Shown here in pieces: positions 1 to 13,554 of a stretch of DNA of 64,000 bases. Every line of letters begins with the position of its first letter. The first letter of the stretch is position 1. Source of the stretch: Leucoraja ocellata (Eukaryota). The stretch is from positions 1,612,001 through 1,676,000 of the forward strand of contig JAWMAR010000158.1 in assembly GCA_036785375.1 (NCBI GenBank), written 5' to 3'. The position numbers were made by a program, and so were the translations under genes. The notes under the pieces are model-generated. The model saw only the letters and a program-made list of their open reading frames with translations. It ran no database searches and was not told the origin of the DNA.

Positions 1-124
1 TATTGATAAGACCTGATTACCTTAAATGAATACCGGCTGTTGGTGCCGTGCAGTGAAAAATAAAGTTGACATTTCAGGTAGATGATTCTTGTTGGTCATA
101 TAACCATGATATGGGTCATTTAAT

Positions 125-417
125 TTGGTATAGTTTAGTTTAGAGATACATCATAGAAACAGGCTTTCGGCACATGGAGACCATGTTGACCATCAATCAC
201 CCGTTCACACTAGTTCTATGTTCTCCCACTTTTGAGTCCACTCCTTTCATACTAAGGGAAATTTACAGAGCCCAATTAACCTACAAACTCACACGTTTTT
301 GAGGTGTTGGAGGAAACCCACAAGGTCACAAGGAGAATGTGCTAACTCCACACAGACAGCACACATTGTCGGGATTGTACCATGAAGCAGTAACTCTACC
401 AGCTGTGACACTGTGTT
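125..417 (-). mobile_element. Decayed HE1-like SINE
   Basis: Reverse complement of the same family (CCAATTAACCTACAAA, GGAGGAAACC). Another partial copy lies at about 15020-15156 (+). Confidence 0.75.
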
Positions 418-924
418 GTGGGGGAGTGGTGGAGAAAACAAAGGTAATGGCACCAAAAGTAATTTTCACTGGACTATCCCATTCTCCACCCTTTCAGATA
501 TCCCTTTTTTTTCCTCCACATCTGTAACTTAAAACACGTTTTTTTCTCATTTAGACCTGAAATTTTAAATCTGTTTTTCTGATGTTGCTTGAACCCCTAA
601 ATGTTACCAGCAATTTCTGGTTTTATCCGAGCCTAACATATTCCACATTTAATGTCCACACTATTTTATTCCATTCCACAGCCAAGTCCCAGCAAAGAGT
701 AGACCAAGAAAAGTCTACTCTTTCTTTTTCTCCAAGTAATTATTGTAGATATGGTAATCTGAAGTAAACAGAAAATATGACTTTTAAATTTCATTGTACA
801 GGTACCATGTGCAATGACAATAAAGAGATTAATTTACTCAATACTGGAAATATTCCGTCAGTCAGCAACTTCAAAGAGAGAAATCTGATAGCCTTTCAGT
901 TTGGTGGCACTTTATCATATGCCT

Positions 925-1210
925 TGGACTGCCTGTGCATTTTTCCGTAACACGGAGCATATTTAGTGACACCATCTCCGATAGTCTTTTGAGTGGGAGG
1001 AATATTTCAACCCTGAACCAGGGGTAGCTACTTGTGCTGCTTGTGCTTGGCTCCGTAACACGAAGCATATTATTTGGCACTATCTCCACCACTCCTTTCA
1101 TCCGAGTGGGAGGAATATTGCAACCCTGAACCAGGAGCTGCCTCAAGTGTATAATCAAACTGCCTGTACATGCCTTCGTTAACACGGAGCATATCTCGTG
1201 TCACCATCTG
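925..1210. repeat. Degenerate tandem repeat, unit about 105-135 bp, about 2.5 copies
   Basis: GTAACACG.AGCATAT...CAC.ATCT occurs three times and GAGTGGGAGGAATATT.CAACCCTGAACCAGG twice; the latter recurs at about 1779-1810. Confidence 0.75.
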
Positions 1211-1885
1211 ATTCATCAGATGTTACAATTGAGACAACGGCCAATCATATCTGGCGTAGATATGGGGACAGCATCCCGTTGACCCAAATCGTCCTACAGG
1301 ACTTGTCCCGTAGACTTGGCTTTGACTTTGCCCCGACTCGGTGTTGTCAAGCTGCTTCCTCTAGGAGCCGAACCAGGACTTCCCTGCCACAGAGGGCAGT
1401 GGAGGCCAAGTCACTGGATGGATTTAAGAGAGAGTTAGATAGAGCTCTAGGGGCTAGTGGAGTCAAGGGATATGGGGAGAAGGCAAGCAGGGTAATTGAT
1501 ACGGGACGATCAGCCATGATTACAATGAATGGCGGTGCTGGCTCGAAGGGCCGAATGGCCTCCTCCTGCACCTATTTTCTATGTTTCTGTTAGCTGTGCA
1601 GATCGGTGCTGTCGGCATCATCATTATACTTACTCTGCTAGTGACTCCGAGTCCTTACTCCCTTCTGGAGCCCCAACGGAGTATTTCAGGGAGGGACTGG
1701 AGTGCCTCTGGCCCTCATATGACTCGGATGAGCCGGCATTATAATTGTAGTCACCTCTTCCCGATAGTCCGCTAGACAGAGTGGGAGAAATACTGCAATC
1801 CTGAACTAGGTATAGCTCAACAGGTGTCTGATAGACACAGCTGAAAAAAAAGGCTTCCCAAGCCAGGAGCTCTTTTCTGGACCCT

Positions 1886-2948
1886 CAATTGAATTGAATT
1901 GAATTTCCTTTATTGTCATTCAGACCTTTCAGTCTGAACGAAATTTCGTGCCTGCAGTCATACATAAAATAATACAATAATAGACAACAGAACAGACAGG
2001 AAACACAAATTAACATCCACCACAGTGAGTCCACCAAACACCTCCTCACTGTGATGGAGGCAAAAATCTTAGGGCTGCAGTCTCTTCCCTCCTCTTCTCC
2101 CTCTGCGCTGAGGCGATACCCCACCGGGCGATGGTAAATCAGTCCCGCGGCTCACCGAGCTCCGCGAACGGGGGTGGTCGAAGCTGCCGCCCTCCAGTCC
2201 AGCGGACGCAGCTGTTGATGACGTCGTCCACTGGCCCGCGGCCGAACCCCGGACTCAGGCCGCCGCCGCCAGAACGCCGTCTCAGCCACCGGAGCACCAT
2301 TCCAGCCCCAAGCCGGGTCACCCTCAAGTGAGCATCTCAGCCCCGTGCCAGGCTGCCCTCACGGGAGCGCCGTTACCCTCGAGCTGACCCGCCCCGACGG
2401 GAGCGCCGTTTCCCTCGGGCTGGGCTGCCCTCACGCGAGCACTGTTTCCCTCGAGCTGACCCGCCCCGATGGGAGCGCCGTTCCACCCTCGAGCTGGGCC
2501 GCCCCCACGGGAGCGCCGTTTCCCTCGGGCTGGGCCGCCCTGACGGAAGCGCCGTTCCACCGTTGAGCTGGGCCGCCTCGACGGGAGCTTCGTTCCACCC
2601 TCGAGCTGGGCCACCCCCACGGGAGCGCCGTTACCCTCGGGCTGGGCCACCCACACGGGAGCGTCTCAGCCCCTCGCCAGGCCGCCCTCAGGGGAGCGTC
2701 ACAGCTCCTCACTGGAGCGCCGTTCCAGCCCCGAGCTGGGCCGCCCTCACGGGAGCGAGCCCAGGGCAAGTCCTGACAGGCTGCCTCCGGAGCCTCGAGG
2801 TCGCCAGCTCCACCATTAGGCCTCAGCACAGACGGAGACAGAGAAGGGGGATATGACAAACAAGTCACATTCCCCCGAAGGGAGAGACAGCAAGCCCTGT
2901 TTCAACCCCCCCCCCCCCCCCCACATAAACACAACCTAAAAAAACAAA
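1886..2948 (-). mobile_element. Non-autonomous retroposon with a Rex1-like tail and a GC-rich minisatellite
   Basis: Tail ATGACAATAAAGG followed by (AATTC)n. Conserved block ACATCCACCACAGTGA...CCTCACTGTGATGGA shared with 42315-42360 and 45765-45808. Confidence 0.65.
2335..2760. repeat. GC-rich minisatellite, unit about 36-38 bp
   Basis: GGGAGCGCCGTT(T/A)CCCTCG(A/G)GCTGGGCCGCCCC.AC repeated about 11 times. Confidence 0.9.
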
Positions 2949-2949
2949 A

Positions 2950-3854
2950 GTATGGAGTTCCATACTGTGTCGAAAAGTCAAGTCAAATTTTTTTCCCCCT
3001 TCACTATATGGTGTATAATAAAAAATGGCCTATCTGCTGCGATGGTCACAAACGTGACCGAACAGCACTGCTATTAAAAACTGCCAGCTCTATTTTTAAC
3101 TACCTTAACCAGTAGACTTAAATTAAAGAGCTATGTGTAATATATCCAATGCCCCTACGAATAGAGCACACACTATATGCTGATACCAACGTATGCTGTT
3201 TCAGCAGCATTTCTATGTTTAAAATTTATAGGCACTATGGCAGACTACAAAATGCTGATACCAGCGTATGCAGCCTCAGCAGCATTCCTATGTTTAAACC
3301 TTTATAGGCGCTATGGCAAACTATAATGCTGATAGCAACGTTTGCTGCCTCAGCAGCATTTCTATGTTAAAAATGTATATATATAGGCGCTATGGCAACC
3401 GTTCGCTGCCCTGGCCCTGGCCGCGGCTCACACCGGTCGCTGTAACTTAGCAGCGATACGAAACGTAGCCGCGGCTATATTAATACACCGTCTGCTGCTA
3501 TTTTTAGCAGCGAGTTCCCAATCCGTACCGGCAGCCTCAACTCCAAATGGAGTTCCACGGTGGCTAAAAATCCAGCCGGCAAAATGAACCCGAGATCCTA
3601 TGGAGCTTCCATGGCGGCCTCCGAAATCGGCCACCTGCTCCCGTACGGAGCTCCAATGGCAGCAGCCGCAAGGGCGACCGCCTCTATGAGCTAGTCTGGG
3701 ACGGCTGTCGCAGCGGCCCGCTGAAAGTAAAATTTATTTACCTGCCAGAGCAGTTGCGAAATGCTCCGACCCGCCGCATTGCGTTTCGCGTATTGACGCG
3801 CATGCGGACTAGCGGGCTCTTCACGTAGTCATTCACGTGACTTTGAAATAAAAT
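2950..3854 (-). mobile_element. 5' terminal region of a DIRS-like (tyrosine recombinase) retrotransposon
   Basis: Terminus ATTTTATTTCAAAGTCACGTGAATGACTACGTGAAGAGCCCG...GCATGCGCGTCAAT, a CpG-rich leader, a splice-donor-like CAG|GTAAAT near 3740, and roughly 75-bp tandem repeats at 3170-3410. A related terminus occurs at 24950-25015. No DIRS coding motif was confirmed. Confidence 0.5.
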
Positions 3855-6371
3855 CATGGCCGATCTATCTTTCCCTCTCAACCCCATTCTCCTGCCTTCT
3901 CCCCATAACCCCCGACACTCATACTAATCAAGAATCTTTCAATGTGCACCTTAAAAATATCTATCGACGGCCTCCACAGCTTTCTGTGACAATGAATTCC
4001 ACAGATTCACCCCCCCTCTGACTAAAGAAATTCCTCCTCTCCTCCTTTCCAAAAGGTATGTCCTTTTATTCTGAGGCTAAGCCCTCTAGTTTGATACTCT
4101 CCCACTAGTGGAAACATCCTCTCCACATCCACTCTATTCTTTCATTATTCGGTAATTGTCAATGAGGGGACCCCTCATTCTTCTAAACTCCAGTGAGTAC
4201 AGGCCCAGTGTTGTCAAACGATTTCAGATAAAGTGCTGAACTTTCAGACAGCAGCAAACTATTTACGTTCACAGCTGATATATGTAAAAACTTTAAACTC
4301 ATCTTTTGCACATCCTTGCTGCATCATAAGCTTCATATCCACACAGCCAAGCCCTTATGTTGGTTGCAGATGCTGCTCGACACTTAATGTGCCCACAAAC
4401 AGGATGGAAGAAGCCCATCATGAAATGATGACAAGAGAAATATGTAACAACCTGCAAAACCACATAGCCAGCTTTCCCAAATGTCAAAACTGTCACATTT
4501 TTTGAAGGCTTTCAAATGCTACTGATAACCAGAATATTCAAAGTCAATTAAAAGTCAAATTAAAAGTCAATTAAACATGTTTTCTTAATTGTTAATGATT
4601 TAAAACAAATTAAAGTACTTAAGCGCAATTAAAGTACATTAAAGCAAAGTCAATTAAATAAAAGATCATGTAAATTACTTTTCTCATTCAAAGCCTCTCC
4701 CGTCCATTCAAATGTCTTGGTTCAGTCTCGGATGCTGGTTCAATGGGCATATTTCAAAGCATTAGGAATTCAGCAATTTCTTGCACTCCAGTGATCTCAA
4801 TGTGATTTTTAAAGTTGGAAATCACCAAAGCAACCACGAAGCCCAGGCCCAGCCAGCAGGTTTAAGTTTTCTCTTTCCACTCAGGAACCATTAGCTTGAT
4901 CAAACTCATGCAGGTAAATGCTAGTAGTAAATAGTGAAATTGCCAATATTTCATGACAAGTTAAAATTTAATAATTCCGCATCCACTGGATCCATCTTCT
5001 GTATCGTTACTTGTCCAACTATCATTGTCATTTGCTGAGGAACGTTATTCCCTCTAACTTATAATTCTACCTGTGTAAAATGTCTTAATTGTTTGTTCCT
5101 CTCCTCAAATTTACTCCATTCTAATGTTTTCCCATTACTGGTGAAAGATGTAACATAAAGCCTGCAATGCTAAATCTGTTTTGCTTTTAACCGAAAAAGA
5201 TCATAAGACAGATGAACAGAATTAAGCCAATCGACCCATCGAGCCTGCTCTGCCACTTGATCATAAATGAGTTATCTTTCCCTCTCAACCCCATTTTCCT
5301 GCCTTCTCCCCATAACCTTTGACACCCTTACTAATCTAGGAACCATCAATCACCGCTTTAAAAATGTCCATTAACATTCTCCACAGCCGTCTGTGGCAAT
5401 GAATTCCACAGACTCACCACCCACTGGCGAAAGAAATTCCTCCTCATCTCCATTCTAAATGATGCTGAGCATTTCCAAGATATGCTCTTTACCAATTAAT
5501 CCATCACACAAATTCCTTTTTATATTGTTCAACAACGGACATGCGTGTTAAATGCCCAAGAAAAGAAAGTGTTATAATTTGAAAATTGTGCTGCCCTCCT
5601 CGAGTGAACACTTGATATATTATTGTAAACCATTTTTTCAGAACCTTTACTAACATCAAATGAGCATTACATAATATCAAGTTCCATTTCTAATGTGAAT
5701 ACATAAATGAACACATGAGCCTGTTAAACCATTTACCCAGCTTTATCTGTCAATGTTATCAAGTTGATTGAATGCTTTTCAATGATACGGAGAGCCAGAA
5801 ATAGTTTTAAACCATAAACAATTGGTCAAAAGTGTTGCACCGGGGATAACGCCGGGTTCAGCAATGAGCACATCAACACTCATAGTAGGGTGAACTCACA
5901 TGATATTGTTTACTTGCAGTGAATAAAAAGTCCTTGTCCACTGTCTCTCGTCATCAGCGTGCACGTGAGGTGACCTTGGTGATCTCGAGCTTGTCCCCAG
6001 CAGCTCACTCCTGGTCTCGATGGATGACACACAGCAATCTTGGGCTTCTCCCTGCAGTTCACCCTTGCCTTGAGAAGAGGCGCTGACAGTCTCAGGGTCA
6101 TCCTAGCAGCTGAGTGCTTGCCAATGTGTGTGGGCACTGTCACTCATTGATTGTAGGGAGCTAAAATGCACTGGCATCTCGGGCTTGTCCCAACCACTCA
6201 ATCTTGGCTGCAGTAGAGGCGGTGAATATTTAGGGCTTCTTCCCAATAGCTCAGCTCACACAATGATGCTGATGGTCTCAGGTTTGCCTGAGTGTTTCAG
6301 TCTTCCCCAAACCTACAACAGGGGAATACAGCCAACAGGGAGGTAACCCTTTTTTCTCCCTTCATCTCCTT

Positions 6372-6435
6372 TCCCTCTTCCTCTTCCTCGTCCTCTTCCT
6401 CGTCCTCGTCCTCTTCCTCTTCCTCTTCCTCTTTC
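6372..6435. repeat. (TCCTCT/TCCTCG)n pyrimidine microsatellite
   Basis: Directly visible; it explains the poly-Ser ORF. Confidence 0.9.
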
Positions 6436-7264
6436 CACTTTCTCTTTCTATTTCTCTTTCTTCCCCGCCTGCTTCTTCTCTCATTCTTTCCCTTCTGGCC
6501 AGAATGCCTGCTGATCAGGTTCAGGAGGCCAAATCAATAGCAGCTAATTGGACCCAGCTGTCACAGGTGATGCTGGGGATTGGCCTCTCTAGGTGCAATC
6601 CATCCCTCCAGAACAGGTCACCTCTGCACCAGAAGAGTTCCCAATAGTTCAAGAAACTGTCATCCAGTGATAGGGATCAGAATGACATCCGATGTAGAGG
6701 GTGCCATCACATCAGGGTTTTATTTGCCACAGAACATTTCATGCCAGTTTCTGTAGAAGTCAAATGTTATCCCCTTGCTGATGTCTTATTTATGGCAAAT
6801 CAAATTCAGGTTAGATGGGTATGGATTAAGTTAAGTTTGCTTTGAGATCCACTTTAAATCGACCCCTTCATATCTTAAACCTTTAGATTCCTCTCCCTTG
6901 GGAAAAAGACTGTTCTATAAAACTATAAATGTATAAACCTCAACATGTTATAAACGCCTATAATCAACTACCCCTCCCTCTTACCCCCACCTCTATCACG
7001 ACAGAATAAGTGGTAGGCCATTTAGGACTGAGATGAGGAAAAACTTCTTCACCAGAGAGTTGTGAATCTGTGGCAGTGGAGGCCAATTCACTGGATATTT
7101 TTAATAGAGAGTTAGATTTAGCTCTAAGGGCTAAGGAATGAAGGGATATGGGGAAATAGTAGGAACGGGATACTGATTTTAGATGATCAGCCATAATCAT
7201 ATTGAATTGCGGTGCTGGCTCCAAGGGCTGAATGGCCCTGCACATATTTGTCTATGTTTCTAGA

Positions 7265-7925
7265 AGCATCTGTATCCCAGAATGTTAAGCTCACAGTCCT
7301 GTCCATCCCTCAACTATATTTCTGCAATAGCTATAATATAACGATCAGATTCTGACTCATACCCTGAGCTCATCTGCCTTACCAGTCAGGCTATTGCATT
7401 TTTTTTAATGTAATTTAGCCTATTAGACCTTCCTTGCTCCCTGCCCTGCATCTGTCTAACCTGCCTACTGGGCTTGCTCACTTTAATTACACTTTGCTTC
7501 AATGTTTCTCGTCCACTGCACTGCTGCTTTGTGCCCCACCCCACTGCCAGGCTAGTATGAACCTCCCGAGTAGCTCTAGCAAATCTCACCACTGCCATAT
7601 TGATATTCCTCCAGTTCAAACGCAATCCATCCCTCTTGTACAGGTCACCTCTGCACCGGAAGAAATCCCAATAATCCAAGAAACTGAAATCATCCCGCTT
7701 CCGCCAGCTTTTCAGCGAATCATTCATTGGTCCGATCATCCAATTTCTCTCACTAGCACGTGATAACAGGAGGAACCTGGAGATTACAATCTTAGAGTTC
7801 CTGTTTTATTAACCTTCTGCTTAACTCCTAATTTTCCTTTTCTACCATTGTAATTCGTGCCAATGATCTCTGGCCATTCACTCTTCTGCTTGAGCAGCTC
7901 AGAGACATCCTTTACCCTGGTATCA
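7265..7925 (-). mobile_element. CR1 ORF1 esterase (SGNH-like) region and ORF2 start, decayed
   Basis: LKSW...F.FLDYWDFF..RGDLYKRDGL.LN resembles the CR1 ORF1 DLY..DGLHL motif. A similar piece lies at about 6590-6660. Confidence 0.75.
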
Positions 7926-7941
7926 GTGCAGTAACATACCA

Positions 7942-8130
7942 TGTGTAGAAAGGAACTGTAGATGCTGGTTTAAACTGAAGATAGACACAAAAGGCTGGAG
8001 TAATCTAACGGGCCAGGCAGCATCTCTGGAGAAAAGGAATAGATGACATTTCAGGTCGAGACCCTTCTTCAGACTGAGAGTCAGAGGAAAGAGAAACGAG
8101 ATGTATAGACTGTGATATAGAGAAATATAC
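7942..8130 (-). mobile_element. Penelope pseudo-LTR fragment
   Basis: Minus strand CTGAAGAAGGGTCTCGACCTGAAATGTC, then the family body. Similar pieces at about 9545-9665, 10780-10910, 13140-13320, 15945-16275, 22265-22545 and 51240-51325. Confidence 0.8.
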
Positions 8131-8204
8131 CACCCTGGGAATCTCATTCACACCCACATGATCTCCAATCTGGCAATATTATGGTGCATGATAGAATTTC
8201 TAAT

Positions 8205-8820
8205 GGACCTGTCCCACTTAGGCGATTTTTCAGCGGACTGCCGGCGACTGTCAAGTTGCTGGCAGTCGCCTGAAAAACCGGGAACTGGAACGGCGAATGT
8301 CAGAGTGAAACACACACACACACACAGCCAAACACATCACAAAGGCGGGGGTCAGGGCAAGCGGGGGGAGCGCTGTCTGAAATTCACACGGTGCAAAGCC
8401 AAGGTGATACAGACGCACACAGGATGAACAGGAAGGTTAAGACGGCTAGCACAGTGTACGGTAAGTCCTTTAAAAGAGGGGAGAGGGGGGGAGGGGAGAA
8501 GGGGCGAGAAGGGGGGAAGAAGGGGGGAAGAAGGGGGGGAGGAGAGGAGACACTTTTAAGAAGCCAGGCAGCTTTTAATAAGCCAGAGATAACATTACCA
8601 GTCAGTTATCCTTGGTTCTGAAAACTCGTGCTTACGTTTTTTTCCCCAATGAGCCAATGAAAATGATCGGTCAGCAAGGGCGATTAACTGAAACTACCTA
8701 CGACTACTTCGACTACCTATAACTACATAGCGACCCCACTACAACTGCACTACAACTGCAGGATTATTAATTTTCTCCATGGCGACCAAACTTTTGTCGC
8801 AGAAAGGTTTTCAACATGGT
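8205..8820. mobile_element. Truncated Harbinger-type MITE, related TIR
   Basis: Starts GGACCTGTCCCACTT and contains (CTACGAC)-like repeats. The second TIR was not seen. Confidence 0.6.
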
Positions 8821-11800
8821 AGATTGATACATACCTGGATATTAAAACTTAGATTGATACATACCTGGACATTAAAGGAATATGAGGATAACATAGAAAT
8901 GCCGTTGAGGTAGAAATGAGATGTGATATAACAGTGGCATCAATAAGAAACAGCAGACTAAATAGAGTAATAGGATAATAGATGACGAGGAGTGAGATAT
9001 AAATTGTTCATTCATGATTGAATTGCATCAGCCTCTCTTTTAAGTAATGTAAAAATTAGCATCTTGCTTATCATTTATTGTTTTTATTTTATGGGAAATA
9101 ATGAGTAATATTTGTCTCAAAACTTAACCCGGAATTTAAAAAGTGTTATTACTTTTTCTCCCTCAGCAGTAGTTACACATCCACGGCCAAACTGCTCACA
9201 CTACTTTAATCCATGGAGGAGAATATTGTTTTGGCTGTCATATCTGCAAATATTTAAAGCATGCATTGCTTGCACTGGAGTGGGTGGTGGAAAGCTCATG
9301 GGAGTAACTCTAGCAAATTGGGATTGCCCGTTAGGTCTCTTGCAACAGTTTCCCAGATTCAACTTGTCCAGTTCAATGTCAGTAGAGCTCCACTATGATG
9401 AAACATATTTACTGATACAACTCTGGAAATACAGGCAGATAGGCAGTGAACTCCTTCCAGTTTTGCCAAGTATAACCAGCTTGGCAAAACTTCATACTTT
9501 TCTTCATTATCCAAAATTAAAAGTAAAGTGAAAAAAAGATGTCTGGGTCCTTTCAACCCACAATGTCACTTATCCATGTTCTCCATAGATGCTGCCTGAC
9601 CTGCTGAGTTACTCCAGCGGTTTGTGTCCTTATTTGTAAACAAGCATCTGCAGTTCCTTGTTTCTACAAAACCTTAAAGAGAGGCTCGATGTAAAGAGTT
9701 AGGAAGACAAATAACAGAAAACTGGGAAATACTGCACACATTGGAACTCTCGTAAAAATCCTAGTGTAGCTGTGCATTGTCAGATGCTGATAAAAGCACC
9801 ACGCTCAGAAATCACACGGGAAGTATGGTTGATTGGGTGAGTTTCTACACTTTGATGAAAGCAGTCTTCAACCAGAATCAGTCCTGGTCAGTGGATCTGG
9901 GAAGAAAACTATTTATGTATTAAATAGCCTATGTTTAAATCTGTTGCAAATGGAATTATATCAGTGAACACCAAACGTTTAAAAATCTTTAAAATATTCC
10001 ATTCAGTTATGATGCCCATGGATATGGCAAGGCAGAGTGGTGGGAAAATGAAGTAGACGGAGCAATGAAAAGGAACAGAAACAGTTTGGAGTTGAAGGCA
10101 TTAGATTATTTTAGTTTAAAACAATTGGGAATTTCCCTGACATAAGTGATGCATTAAAAGAATCTGCACCTTCACCTTACTCAAGAGAGAAATTATAAGC
10201 AACATGGAGCTCAAGTTCCAGTTCATGTAAATCCCGGGATTTTAGATGAGATAAGACTTCAGGCATATAAATCGTTTAGTTTTTAGTTCATTCCTCACCA
10301 CTCTTCCTGGGCAACACCACAAATTTACAGATTTCTGAAAAATAAGCTAACAGATAAGCCTCCTCATATGTAAAGAAATCAGATATTAAATACCATAAAA
10401 CAATACCAAAGCCACTCCTAGTAAAATGTTATCCAAGCAGATTATTATATTCTGGTAAAAATATTTCCACTGCCGTGGCTGAAGAGCTTTGAAAAATGGA
10501 TGAAATGTCCTTTCTTTGTAGTTTCCTGACAAACAAAAATAGATGCAAATGATTCTTTTCAACTTGAAAATAGCACTCGCTAGTAATAAAAGTTTATACA
10601 TCAATAGGAATGAGACTATTTATTTTGTAAAAAAAAATAGTAAGCAGTAGATATATTTTGGAAAAATATAGAATAAAATCAATTAGTATTCAGCTAACAA
10701 AACAAGCAATCTTTACATGTGAATGAACATGGTAGTATTCACCCTACGACCTCCAGCATTGTAAATACAAAGGACATTAGAAACAAGGAACTGCAGATGC
10801 TGGTTTACAAATTAAATAAAAAGACACAAAATGCTGTTGTAACTCAGTGGGTCAGGCAGCATTTGTGGAGAATATGGATAGGTGATGTTTCAACTTGGGA
10901 ACTTTCTTCAAACACAAAGTTCCATCCGAAATGAAAATACCACATAACATTTCTCAGAGCTCTCGTGTTTTCTAATGCCCATTAAGAGTCAAGAAAGCTT
11001 TGTTGTCATGTCCAGAAACGGAACAATGAAATTCTTGCAGCAGCATAAAAGATATGCATAGTACTCTGCAAACACCATAATAAACAACAACAAAAGTTTA
11101 TATCTATATATACATATATAGACATACATATATACTTCTTTCTTCTGCTCCTTCCCCATCCCATTCGCCTTCCACTCATCATCTATGTGGAATTGACAAA
11201 GTGATAGAAATCGGTCCAATCTGGATCCGGATCCAAACTCCAAGAATTCTGCCAAAATTACATTGCAATTTCAATTGCATTGCGGTTAAATATTTATAAA
11301 GTTGTCTTCTTAAAATCAGTGATCAGCAGATGATACAATTACTCCAGGCACTATTTGTTGCGCGCTGCTTCAAGTTAAATTTCTAAAGCAATCAAGCCAC
11401 CTTGGCTGAGGGAAAAGCAGATTTAATTCAATTAATCTTTGGTTGTATGCATCAATTGTGCACAATTATTAAACATAAATAAGAATTTAACATATTTTCA
11501 AAATGCTAGCAACTCAAATCTGCTACTTCCTACCCACTGAAGAGTTTATTAATAGCGCCTGGGCTTTCTCTTTCAATCAATTAATGTTGTTCTCTGAGAA
11601 CAGTCGGCTTTAAAAATGAAATTACTTTTTTTTTCAAGAGGACATTTTGAAAGCTTTAAGGGAGTGAAAAGGGTAAGCATAGCTTTAAGTGGTCATGTGG
11701 TCAGTGCCATTCATCTAGACAGCACCTGACTATCTGTCAAATGTGGCAGAACCCTTCTCGACAGCCATGACCTCTGCCATAATGAAGGAAAAGTGTACAG

Positions 11801-13554
11801 TAAAGTGTCCATTATCAGGCAGTTGGAAGCAGTAAATTGGTGCAGTTTTCTAGCAATCTCCCAGCAAGTTAAAATGGAAGATGTGTGAGGGATTTGTAAG
11901 AGGTTTTTTAGTCCATGATCATTTCTGTCAGACGATGCAGATTGCAGTCAGAGTGACTATTCAATAGGATTTATGCTTTCAATTAAACCAAAGTTAAAGT
12001 GATGTAATGACTATCATTCTTATCAATGGTAACCACTCTGCATCTCACCAGGAATAGTTCTACCGAGTGAGGAAACACACCTGATGAACTCCAGGTCAAA
12101 CATAAAAACTATAAATAGAATGAGATTTAAAACTTTCACGTAGAGTATACACTGGGTTTTGCAGTCAAGGTAGATAGGGTGAATTTCCTCAAAAGCTTTC
12201 TGACTGACTGACTAAATAAAAAGTGAGCCTGCAAATCATTTCCTGAATACAAAAGGGGTTTGTATCAAATGGTCAGTGAAGCTGTGGTAGCAGAATGGGA
12301 GTAGTTTCAAAGAATTCCATAGTTGTAACAAAGGAATATTAGAAAGGATTTAATTACTGGCTAAGAAATCTTGCCACAATAATATAGTATCAGCGTTTTC
12401 TCTTCAAAGGCAAATCATTGCAGATTTGAAAAGTTTCAATATATTACCAAGGCATTAATGATATTCTCATGAATATCTTCAACTATTGTGCTTTGTACCA
12501 CAATCTGTAAGTTCAGCCCCAGAGTGGGAATTAGAGCAATTTCCACTGGCGAGGCCAGAATAACAGCAAGCTGAGAATCTAATGGGAGGACTTACTACCA
12601 TTTCCTGCTATTTCCTTGCTTGGCACCATTTTAAACAGTGCACTTCATTTCAGCATCTGAGGCACTCAGTGGACTGTTGCAATCTCATCATTATATGCAA
12701 ATCAGGGCTCTGTGGAGGTAATTTAATACCCCCCACCTCTGAGAACGTAAGAAGGTTGGGGTGATAAAATATGAAGAACCAGGAACATAGTCCCTGCTCC
12801 CCACTGACACCCCTAGCTACTTCTGGTGCAACCATGGCAGGGTTGGATTCAGCTCAGGACGAAGTTCATAAGTTCATTCATTAAATGAGACGGGTTTCCT
12901 CCCATTGTTTCAGAAATTTAAATTTAATGCGTCAGGACTTGAGAAAGTCATTAGCTCAGGAATGTCAAATCCAAGAGGTAGATGCTCTGGAACTCTCTTT
13001 ATGGATCAGCAGGAGCTGTTGTTCAAGGAAGTTGTTCAGAGGTACAGCTTCTTATTCTCTCAGAAAACCCTGTGATCCCTTTCTCCCATTGGCTGACCTA
13101 TCCCTTCCCCAGCAATCCCTTTTCCATTATCCGTGATCTCTTCCCATCCTGTGAACCAATCCAACACTGTTTGTTTCCTTTTTATCTGTAGCCTTCGTCA
13201 CTTAATCCACCTATCTGCCAATCAGATAACGGTCTAGACCCAAAACATCACCTATTTCTTTTCTCCAGAGATGCGGTTTGACCTGCTGAGTTATTCCAGC
13301 TTTTTGTGTCTATCTTTGGAAGAAACTGTTCCTGAATCTGGAGGTGTGCATTTTCACACTTCTACACCTTTTGCCTGATGTGTGAAAATATACATATCCA
13401 GATTCAGGGACAATTTCTTCCCAGATGTTATCAGGCAACTGTATCATCCTAGGTCCACAAAAATGCTGGAGAAACTCAGCGGGTGCAGCATATTTGTGTA
13501 CCTTCGATTTTCCAGCATCTGCAGTTCCTTCTTAAAAACTGTATCATCCTACCT

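Noticed and set aside
2324-2868. Overlapping 70-145-aa ORFs on both strands, with a superficially CRISPR-like periodicity
   Set aside because: They arise from a GC-rich minisatellite with no unique spacers, in a eukaryotic context.
8821-8876. 30-bp tandem duplication (also a shorter one at 23277-23320 and AAAGTCAATT repeats at 4540-4575)
   Set aside because: Local slippage duplications with no sign of function.
11222-11235. Perfect 14-bp palindrome TGGATCCGGATCCA
   Set aside because: A few palindromes of this length are expected by chance in 64 kb.
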